From NCBI GenBank assembly GCA_938091905.1, contig CALKOM010000028.1, positions 1-36,561 of the forward strand: a DNA stretch of 36,561 nt, read 5' to 3'. Positions within the stretch are counted from its first letter, which is position 1, and every line of letters starts with the position of its first letter. The translations under genes were made by a program, and so were the position numbers. Shown one piece after another: positions 29,169 through 36,561 of this stretch. Source of the stretch: an uncultured Verrucomicrobiales bacterium (GTDB taxonomy: Bacteria; Verrucomicrobiota; Verrucomicrobiia; Verrucomicrobiales; DEV007). The notes under the pieces are model-generated. The model did not search any database. It was not told the DNA's origin and saw only the letters and a program-made list of their open reading frames with translations.

Positions 29169-32100
29169 CTACGGCGTACGTAATCGGTAAAAGCCTTTGG
29201 CTTCCTCGGTGCGAGCGGCGTCGCTATCGGTGATCGGCGCATCTAGCGGAGCGTCTGACAGAATGACGGCCCAGGAATCCAATGCTAAGTTGGGTGAGTA
29301 TTCGACGTCACCAAGGGCGTCTGCGTCTGCTCCATCGACATTGAGGATGACGGTGTCACTCGTGTGTGTGATCGAGGATATGTACACGTTGCTATCGATG
29401 GGCTCAGGGTTGTCATCACCTCCAGGCGCAAACAGCTTACCGATGAACATCTGGAGCCCGGCGTCAAGACCGATGGTTCCCGAGGCGAAATCAATACCAT
29501 TGTTAAGTACCGTATTCTCGCCTCCTGCTGCGAATGATGCGGTGCCGATGCCAAACGAAGCACCATCCGATCCGGTCCAATCGGGGCTCATCGCCTTGCT
29601 GTCCTCACCGACAAGCTCTCCATCAAGGTAGAGGGCGATGGTTTGCGCGGCTGCGGGATCGCCATTGTCGACGTCGAAGGTCCAGATGACGGGCACGGAT
29701 CCTGCGGCAAGCTGTTCTGCCGTGAGCGTGTGGTCGACCGTGGCCACGGTGTTGCCTCCATCGCCCACTGCGCGCAAGACAAGGCGATTGCCTGATTCGT
29801 AAACGATTGAGAATCCAATCGTCCCGCCGCCCGACTCCCAGATCATTTCGCGTTCCTCTTCCGTGGCACTGCTTGCATCGAAGTCGATGAAGACGCGAAA
29901 AGTAACGTCGCTGGTATCAGCGCCGCCGTTGAATGTCGGAAGCGTCTGGAGTGTATGCCAGGATTCATTGGGCTCGCCCAGTCGATCTTCTGGAAGGCTG
30001 GAAGCGTCGTTAGGATCTGAATTCTGGGTGACCTCGAAGCCGTCTCTATAGGTATCACCGTCGCTATCCTGCTCGAGCGGGTTGCTCTTAGGATCGCCAT
30101 TGATCTCTTCGCCATCGGTGCGCAAATCACCATCGGTGTCGGCATTCAAGGGGCTGGTGGAGTGCATGTTCACTTCTGGGCCATCATCCACTCCATCTCC
30201 ATCGGTGTCTGTGGCGTTGGGATCAGTGCGTTGATCATGCTCGGCGAGATCCCTTAGGCCATCGCTGTCTGAGTCCGCGCTACCGTCTTTTCTAAGATCG
30301 TTGAAATGAGCCCTTTCCCAATTGTCATCGAGATTATCGTTATCACTATCGATCTGCTTCACGGACGTTGCTGTGAGCAACTGATGGCGATCTGAATCAA
30401 AGCCTTCTGTGGCATCGCCAGGCTCAGGGGTCCAGAACACCTCCAGTGCAGACCCGCCACTTCGTTCAAACATCACGACTTCGACCGTGTGGAGCCCCAA
30501 GCTCAATGTCAGGCTACCTAACGAGTCATTTGGACCTCGGGTGCCCGGGAATGAGACCACTTCTACACCGTCAACGCTAAGACGCCCGCCGTCATCCGAA
30601 TTAAACCCAAAGCTATAAGTGCCAGCTTCATTGATAAAGATGGTTGTCGCGGCAACGACCGCAAAGCCATCCACAGGGTCGCCAATCGCCTCGATGTTGT
30701 CAAAGGGCATGTCGTTTCCGAAATTTCCGAACGCAGCTCCGGAGCCCAAGAAATTGATCAGCGTGTGTTGGTTAAGAACCTCGCTAGAAAAAGTTGCTTC
30801 CTCGATTAGGGCATCAGCTTCCTCCAGGTTATTCAATCCACCCCGTGCTTTCAACGTGCGGACGCTCCAGACGCCTGGATCATCACTTTTAAGAGTAGGA
30901 TCCGTTCCTTGAGCGACTTCAAACCCATCCCAGGCACCGCCACCATCGGAGTCGAGCGTTAACGGGTCGGTGTTTGTATCATTCACCTCAACTCCATCGC
31001 TTAAGCTATCACCATCTGTATCAGCAATGAGTGGTTCAGTTAGGTGGATGTTGACTTCGTCTTCATCGGTTAAGCCATCGCCATCACTGTCGATAGGTCC
31101 GGTGGTGCCCAACTCAGTTCCGGGATTCGCCAGTAGAAACTGCACATCGTTAGGGCTGATCACGCGTTTGTAGATTTGGATGTCGTCTATGCTGCCTGAA
31201 AAGCCCAAGGGACCAAAGGCACCAATGGTGATCTGCTCGGATCCATCAAGTGCGGGAATTGCGGTAATGCCATCACCTTTCCGTTCGCCATCGACATAGA
31301 TAATCGTCTCATCGGTGCTGTAGGTGACGACTGCATGGTGGGCGGTGCTAGCCTCGAGTCCTGCGCCTGTGGTGACAAAGTCAGAATTGGCGTCGACAAA
31401 CCAGTTTAGCTCCCCGGCATTCACAAGCAGAGCAAACACGGGATTGTTGTCCAATCCATTGGCAATCAGTGTGCCCGTAGGCGCAACGTCATCAGCTTGG
31501 AACCAGAGCGATACTGAGAATTCATCAAAGGTCCCCTCATCGAATTTGCGTCCATTCAACATCGCTTTAGCACCTCCGGTCACTCGCATGGCGGACCCTC
31601 CTGCAAGTCCTGCCTCTCCTAGCACGACACTTTCATCGTAGGTGCCAGCCCTTCCAAATCCTGTCACATCACGCATCTCTGTGCCCGATGTCTCATCCAT
31701 GGGGTAGTGGGCAGCCGGTCCGTTGAGATTGATCACACTGGCGGATACAACAACCTCAAGGTGGCTATCTCCATCCGGCGCGGGATCATTGTTTGCCAAG
31801 GTGAAGACGGCTTGGAATCCACCGGTCTCTCCAAGGCTATTGACCGTGAACAAGACCTCACCTGCCTCCCCCGGCGCGATCATGAGAGGAAACTGATCCG
31901 CTTCAACGGAGAAATGATCTGCATCCGCTCCACTGATTTCGATGCCCGTGATTTCTAGCATTTGTGCTTCGCCTGCATTTCTGATGCCCAACGTGCGTTC
32001 GTGTAGCTCGGGGACGGAAGGCAACTGCCCGACGTCGAAGCTCGAACTGACGCGGATGTCTGGATCACTTGCAGACTTCGGGTTACCCAGAGAAATCTGA

Positions 32101-32810
32101 TCAAAGCGAGTGATCTTCTCACCTGGCGACTGATCTGCGGTGAGCACATGCCATTCATTGTCCTGACCAAAGATCTCATCGTAGGTGGCGCCCGCATCCG
32201 CCCAAGTACCCATGTTCTCGTAGACCTGATCCATGCCATCGATGTCCTGCAAACCTTCAATCAGATAACTCCACCCCGTGACATCAGCGGTCAAGGTGAC
32301 GGTGAAACCGTCTTCAAACGAAGCGCGATCCACATCCTCACCTTCATCGAGAATCCAATCGGATTCGCCTCCGGCGTTTTGGTCTCCAGCAATGAGACTA
32401 AATCCACCACTGCTGAACGTGCGTGCTTCTTGGCCAAAGGCGGCGATACCGAAGTTGTTCGTGTTTCGATGAAACACCGAATTGTCATCCACTATACCGA
32501 CGAGAAAGCCATTGGCGTTGGGGTTGCCAACGACTTCGCTGATGACGAACTTCACATAGATCCCATCGGACAACGGGTCGAAGCTGGCGATGCTAGCAAG
32601 GCCGCCATTGGCGTTGCCAGTCGTCGCGGTCACGATGCCATGGCCGTCCTCCTGAGCGATTTCGACTGAGCCCACAGCATTGCGTTGCACGAGCCACCGG
32701 TCGTTGATATCGCCCGAGTCGAAGTCATCGATAAAGCCCTGTGCAAACGTATTGATGCCAAGACTGCCATAAATACTGATAGCAAGAATCGCTACGTATA
32801 AGGGTTTCAT
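29169..32810 (-). CDS. Large secreted acidic multidomain protein: Ig-like (choice-of-anchor D/ASH-like), LamG, thrombospondin-type-3-like Ca-binding repeats, PA14, second jelly-roll, C-terminal FYRL tail
   Basis: Signal peptide. Ig-like: IRNAG..LEITGIEISG..IAPG..NNDP. LamG: AHYPMDE..FSVSLWF..HAVVTY..IYVDG..FSGSIDDIQIY. Multiple D[ST]DGDG repeats. PA14: FNSDDGGRL..FERSGG. Tail: VEYSPNL..W..GFYRLRTP*. Confidence 0.88.
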   Translation of the reverse strand: MKPLYVAILAISIYGSLGINTFAQGFIDDFDSGDINDRWLVQRNAVGSVEIAQEDGHGIVTATTGNANGGLASIASFDPLSDGIYVKFVISEVVGNPNANGFLVGIVDDNSVFHRNTNNFGIAAFGQEARTFSSGGFSLIAGDQNAGGESDWILDEGEDVDRASFEDGFTVTLTADVTGWSYLIEGLQDIDGMDQVYENMGTWADAGATYDEIFGQDNEWHVLTADQSPGEKITRFDQISLGNPKSASDPDIRVSSSFDVGQLPSVPELHERTLGIRNAGEAQMLEITGIEISGADADHFSVEADQFPLMIAPGEAGEVLFTVNSLGETGGFQAVFTLANNDPAPDGDSHLEVVVSASVINLNGPAAHYPMDETSGTEMRDVTGFGRAGTYDESVVLGEAGLAGGSAMRVTGGAKAMLNGRKFDEGTFDEFSVSLWFQADDVAPTGTLIANGLDNNPVFALLVNAGELNWFVDANSDFVTTGAGLEASTAHHAVVTYSTDETIIYVDGERKGDGITAIPALDGSEQITIGAFGPLGFSGSIDDIQIYKRVISPNDVQFLLANPGTELGTTGPIDSDGDGLTDEDEVNIHLTEPLIADTDGDSLSDGVEVNDTNTDPLTLDSDGGGAWDGFEVAQGTDPTLKSDDPGVWSVRTLKARGGLNNLEEADALIEEATFSSEVLNQHTLINFLGSGAAFGNFGNDMPFDNIEAIGDPVDGFAVVAATTIFINEAGTYSFGFNSDDGGRLSVDGVEVVSFPGTRGPNDSLGSLTLSLGLHTVEVVMFERSGGSALEVFWTPEPGDATEGFDSDRHQLLTATSVKQIDSDNDNLDDNWERAHFNDLRKDGSADSDSDGLRDLAEHDQRTDPNATDTDGDGVDDGPEVNMHSTSPLNADTDGDLRTDGEEINGDPKSNPLEQDSDGDTYRDGFEVTQNSDPNDASSLPEDRLGEPNESWHTLQTLPTFNGGADTSDVTFRVFIDFDASSATEEEREMIWESGGGTIGFSIVYESGNRLVLRAVGDGGNTVATVDHTLTAEQLAAGSVPVIWTFDVDNGDPAAAQTIALYLDGELVGEDSKAMSPDWTGSDGASFGIGTASFAAGGENTVLNNGIDFASGTIGLDAGLQMFIGKLFAPGGDDNPEPIDSNVYISSITHTSDTVILNVDGADADALGDVEYSPNLALDSWAVILSDAPLDAPITDSDAARTEEAKGFYRLRTP

Positions 32811-32930
32811 GCTTCAGCCGTAGCACTAATCATTTGCCTTAGGAAGCCCTTCTTTTTTGAGAGGTCGTCGATGCCTTTTGAGTTGATCTGACAACCGTGG
32901 GAATCTTTGGCAAAGGTAATACAGTGATCG

Positions 32931-33140
32931 ATGAAGCTGAAATCGAAACGGAGTAAAGCTTTCCTTATCATAGCTTCAATTTTCGTATGTTTTCCGGTGG
33001 TGGTCGATGCCAAGCCAAATTCTGCTTATCCGCTTCAGGGTGGCGTGGTATGGTATGCGGAAGTGTTTGGATGGGGTGGACCCACGACGGAAGGTGTGAC
33101 CGTCTTGGGTCACGAAGACGCGTTCAAGGTCAACTGTTAG
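32931..33140 (+). pseudogene. Short signal-peptide ORF, possibly a truncated secreted-protein gene
   Basis: MKLKSKRSKAFLIIASIFVCFPVVVDA is a good signal peptide. The TAG stop (33138-33140) lies inside the repeat starting at 33133. Confidence 0.35.
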
Positions 33141-33184
33141 GAAATTGCTTTTCGTCCATGGGGTCAGATTCGCCTCATTGCTAG
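33133..33184. repeat. Left copy of 52-bp direct repeat
   Basis: ACTGTTAGGAAATTGCTTTTCGTCCATGGGGTCAGATTCGCCTCATTGCTAG is 47/52 identical to 34957-35008. Confidence 0.93.
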
Positions 33185-33467
33185 TAATTGGAGGGGCAAA
33201 AGAGTATTGGCGGCAAATGATGGCGTGAAGACGAGGTTGTGCGATCGAGGTTGGCCGATGCCTTGTTCATGTCAGTTGTGCTCGCCGAGTTGATTCGAAA
33301 GTTCACGTAGCAACTGGTGGACCGGATGCGGCGGCGCACTTCTCGGATGCTACAGAGCCAGGGGGGGAATTGAATAGTTGTACGCCTTGGCGAAGGAGCT
33401 GAGCGCAAAACACGAAGTGATGGAAGGGCGTTTGGAGGAGTGCATTGTAAGGCAAGAGTGAGCGGCG

Positions 33468-34856
33468 TTGATGGTTGATCTATGGCCGGGGTTGCCGGTA
33501 GGGTCGACTGTGAGTTGTTCTAAGTGCTTATTGAAGTGGGGTGTTGCCGTGGTGATGGTGGCGTTGCAGACTGGGTGTCAGACGAGTGTGCCATCGCGGC
33601 CAGTGATGACGGAGGAGGAGGCAAAGCGTTCGATACCAAGGGATGAGCGGATCTTGAACCGGCTAGCGGAGGATAATCGAGTGCTAGAGAAGGAATTCGT
33701 GGCGCTGCGTGATTCGGGGGGGTGGCAGAAGCGGGGGTATTTTTCGGCACAGGAAAGTGATCGGATGGAGTTGCTGTTGTTTCGCTTTCACGTTGGACAT
33801 CACCAACTGGCGGGCATTTCGGAACGCTATGAGGGAGTGGAAGGAAAGCAGGCGCAGGAGGTGCATTTGCGGGCTGTTGCGTTGGGCAAAGGGCAGGCGG
33901 AGTTCTTGGTGCGGACGTTCGAGGAAGATCAAGTGGCAGTGGAGAAGCTGAATCAACCGTATCCACGGTCAGAGATTTCCCGGCACACCTACGACAAGTT
34001 GGCGGGAAGCCTACGGAACAAGGTGGAGCGGGAATTGAAGGCGTTGGGCCGCAAAATTGAGGACGACATTGAGGAGTTGAGTTATGAATTACAGGCGGAG
34101 GTGTTCTTTGGGGTGAGTCGGCTCAAGAAGCCTTCTGCCTATGTCGTGCGGTTCAGTGATGCGCAGAAGCGGGAGGTGCGAGAGCGGTTGCAGCCGGGTG
34201 ACCTGGTGCTGACCTACACCGGTGGCTATGCCAGCAACATTTTTATTCCCGGGTCGTTCAAGCACGGGATGACCTACGTCGGGACCCCATCAGAGCGTCA
34301 TGCGGTGGGCTTGTCACCGGAACGAATACTGGCAACCAGCGGGTTGCCTCAGGAACGCGGGCTGGCGGAAAACCTGTGGCGGGCGACGACTTCGGCCGGG
34401 CGCCCAGCAAACTTGATCGAGGCGGTTGGCGAAGGGGTGAAGTTCAGCAATCTGGACCACATCATGGATACTCATATTTGGCGGATGCTAGTGATCCGCC
34501 CATGCTTGGACTCACCTGAGCGAATACGGCAACTGGGCCGGACCTTCTCGTATCTTGGTGAGGAGTATGATTTCCGATTCGACTTTGCTGATGCGGGCCG
34601 GCAGGTCTGCACGGAGGTTATTTACCGGTCATTGAACGGGATGCAGGGCATTGATTTCCCGCTGACTCGACGGGGTGGGCACGTGACGTTGAGCGCTGAT
34701 GACCTGGTCACCTACTGGCTGGAGGACCGTCCAGAGGCCTTCGAGTTTGTGCTGTATGCCGAGGAGGCACCGCTGACTCCGGGACATGGGGCCCGGGTGC
34801 TGCATGGGGAGGCCGGGAAGCGGTGCTTGGAGATGCTGATGAAGCAGGGGAGCTAA
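33468..34856 (+). CDS. YiiX/YebB-like permuted papain-fold (NlpC/P60) hydrolase, probable lipoprotein
   Basis: LQPGDLVL, FIPGSFKHGMTYVG (His), IEAVGEGV and YDFRFDF..VCTEVIY (Cys after His, the permuted order). Lipobox-like LQTGC. The true start is probably a little downstream. Confidence 0.85.
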   Translation: MMVDLWPGLPVGSTVSCSKCLLKWGVAVVMVALQTGCQTSVPSRPVMTEEEAKRSIPRDERILNRLAEDNRVLEKEFVALRDSGGWQKRGYFSAQESDRMELLLFRFHVGHHQLAGISERYEGVEGKQAQEVHLRAVALGKGQAEFLVRTFEEDQVAVEKLNQPYPRSEISRHTYDKLAGSLRNKVERELKALGRKIEDDIEELSYELQAEVFFGVSRLKKPSAYVVRFSDAQKREVRERLQPGDLVLTYTGGYASNIFIPGSFKHGMTYVGTPSERHAVGLSPERILATSGLPQERGLAENLWRATTSAGRPANLIEAVGEGVKFSNLDHIMDTHIWRMLVIRPCLDSPERIRQLGRTFSYLGEEYDFRFDFADAGRQVCTEVIYRSLNGMQGIDFPLTRRGGHVTLSADDLVTYWLEDRPEAFEFVLYAEEAPLTPGHGARVLHGEAGKRCLEMLMKQGS

Positions 34857-34887
34857 GGCTATGGAGGCCAATAAACATCCTCAACAT

Positions 34888-35008
34888 GCGACTGCTAGGA
34901 AATTACGTTTCGTCTGTGGGGCGACTGCTAGGAAATTACGTTTCATCTGTGGGGTGACTGCTAGGAAATTGCTTTTCGTCTACGGGGTCAGATTCGCCTT
35001 ATTGATAG
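34888..35008. repeat. 3 x 33-bp tandem repeat merging into the right copy of the 52-bp direct repeat
   Basis: Units start at 34888, 34921 and 34954 and share GYGACTGCTAGGAAATT..TTTCRTCT..GGG. The third unit continues GTCAGATTCGCCTTATTGATAG. Confidence 0.95.
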
Positions 35009-35102
35009 GGTCTGGGGCAATCTTTTTGAATGTTTGCTATGAAGAATTCTAGTGATACTCGAATTGACGCTTGGCTTGCTTCAGTCTAGGACTATTAGAA
35101 AT

Positions 35103-35552
35103 ATGGAATCGATTTTCGAGCTTGTGTCTGATTTACCGATCCGGACGTTTTCGCCCGGCGATATCATTATGAAGGAGGGTAGTCGTAAAGGTGTGCTCTT
35201 GGTTTTGATTGACGGTGAAGTCGAGATTCTTAAGGGAATTCTCCAAATTAATACTGTTGATTCCTCCGGTAGTATCTTTGGGGAAGTATCCGTGCTGCTA
35301 GATCGCCCGCATATAGCGACTGTGAAGGCGCTTGTAGACTGCCGCTTTTACTGTGTTGACGATCCAATGAAGTTCTTAGAGAGCCAACCCTTGGTAAGCC
35401 TTCACTTGAGCAAGCTTCTCGCGAGGCGTCTAGATTCGGTGACGAACTATTTAGTCGACCTAAAAAAGCAGTTCGAAGAACAAGATGATCATCTAGGTAT
35501 GGTTGATGATGTTCTTGAATCGCTGCTGCATCAACAACGATCTGGTTCTTAG
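35103..35552 (+). CDS. Stand-alone cyclic nucleotide-binding domain protein (no HTH)
   Basis: FSPGDIIMKEG, LIDGEVEI and phosphate-binding cassette GSIFGEVSVLLDRPHIATVKA, followed by a C-helix. ATG 35103 is preferred over GTG 35052. Confidence 0.88.
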   Translation: MESIFELVSDLPIRTFSPGDIIMKEGSRKGVLLVLIDGEVEILKGILQINTVDSSGSIFGEVSVLLDRPHIATVKALVDCRFYCVDDPMKFLESQPLVSLHLSKLLARRLDSVTNYLVDLKKQFEEQDDHLGMVDDVLESLLHQQRSGS

Positions 35553-35561
35553 GTAGCTCCG

Positions 35562-36323
35562 TTATCCGTTCCTGCCAAGTTGCACCGATGGTTGAGGAGT
35601 CCCTTTTCCTAGATCGATTTCTTCTCTTCCCATTTGCGAAATCCAGACCGCTGTCTGGGCTTCAGTATCAATTATGATACATGCCGGTTCGGGGCCAATC
35701 TGAAATCCAGCGTTGAAAACGTGGGTGTTGTCGATGCGATCGACCCAGGAACCCCCGGAGCGAAATGGAGATTGGTGGACGTGCCCGGAAATGACGATCG
35801 AAGGTGAGTAATGCTTAATCCATTCTTTAACATACTCGTCTCCGAAGTAGGTTTTTCCAGTCCAACTGACGGGACATTCTTGAGGTGGAGCGTGGTATAT
35901 CCAGATCCAATTTTCGGGTTTGTTTGCTGCTTCTTCTTCGATTTGCTCAGCGACTTGTTGCCTTGTATAGGGACCTTCCCACCAGGGACAAATGGTAAAT
36001 CGCCAACCATCCTTATCGATGGATTCGCCATCCACACTGACCCCGAGACGGCGCGCTTTTTGAAGCCATGAAGCAACTCGCTCCCCTGCTTCGCTTTCGG
36101 TCGTCACATCATGATTACCTGAGCTGACCACCATGGGTGAGGTAGTGGTAATCTTTTTGAAATATTTGCTCACAACGAGAGCTTGGGTGTCGAGGTCGAC
36201 TGTTGATGCGATATCAAGGAGATCACCCGCGACTACGACTAGATCAAACCCCTTCGCAGCCTGGCTCAACCAATCGAGTTGCTTTAGCGAGTAGTGTAGA
36301 TCAGAAACGGAGAGAATCCTCAT
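35562..36323 (-). CDS. Calcineurin-like metallophosphoesterase (Icc-related)
   Basis: SDLH, GDLLD, GNHD, YHAPP and GHVH. Start MRILSVSDLH at 36323 is preferred over TTG 36449. Confidence 0.9.
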   Translation of the reverse strand: MRILSVSDLHYSLKQLDWLSQAAKGFDLVVVAGDLLDIASTVDLDTQALVVSKYFKKITTTSPMVVSSGNHDVTTESEAGERVASWLQKARRLGVSVDGESIDKDGWRFTICPWWEGPYTRQQVAEQIEEEAANKPENWIWIYHAPPQECPVSWTGKTYFGDEYVKEWIKHYSPSIVISGHVHQSPFRSGGSWVDRIDNTHVFNAGFQIGPEPACIIIDTEAQTAVWISQMGREEIDLGKGTPQPSVQLGRNG

Positions 36324-36561
36324 CGAGAATAGTGTTTTAGTATAATAATTTTGGTCAGCAATCTTAGTTTGTTGGCTCAATAGAGCGTCGAGCGGAGGCT
36401 TGGATTCCGGAGGTAGCCTACCGCGGTTCTCTCGCGGAGAGAATCGCAAAACTGGTTAGATTGTTGTTCATGTCGGGTTCTTGGGATCTGAAGAGGAGGG
36501 CATTCTTGACGTAGATGGATGATTTGATTTTTTTGAATGCTCCATTGCATTGTGAAATCGT

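Noticed and set aside
33128..33142. Integron attC site (GGTCAAC/GTTAGG)
   Set aside because: The two boxes are 1 nt apart with no intervening palindrome, and no integrase is present.
34888..34986. CRISPR array
   Set aside because: Units are directly adjacent with no unique spacers, and no cas genes are present.
34861..35052. 63-aa ORF with TARKL repeats
   Set aside because: It is a by-product of the 33-bp DNA repeat, whose related copy at 33133 is not in an equivalent ORF.

Overview
Bacterial chromosomal window, most likely Verrucomicrobiota (inferred from the tmRNA tag ADSSNELALAA, SD-poor starts, and PVC-style secreted proteins: PQQ-like propeller, Tat Gfo/Idh/MocA, HEAT, LamG/PA14). It opens at the 3' end of tmRNA (ssrA, minus strand). 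Housekeeping genes are mutS, an msbA-like ABC exporter, a PHP histidinol phosphatase, folP, glyQS and scpA, interspersed with carbohydrate and periplasmic genes. Three things are missed by the ORF track. (1) An intact 74-aa SelW/Rdx-family selenoprotein (CxxU, TGA at 6111) with a perfect SECIS-like hairpin. (2) Several collapsed pseudogenes: a DUF5060-type and a GDSL/SGNH gene that keep both ends but have lost the middle, plus a YwqG-like fragment. (3) A permuted NlpC/P60 gene bracketed by a ~52-bp direct repeat, whose right copy is expanded into a 3 x 33-bp tandem. No CRISPR array, rRNA, tRNA or transposase was found. All family calls come from motif recognition by eye; no database search was run.
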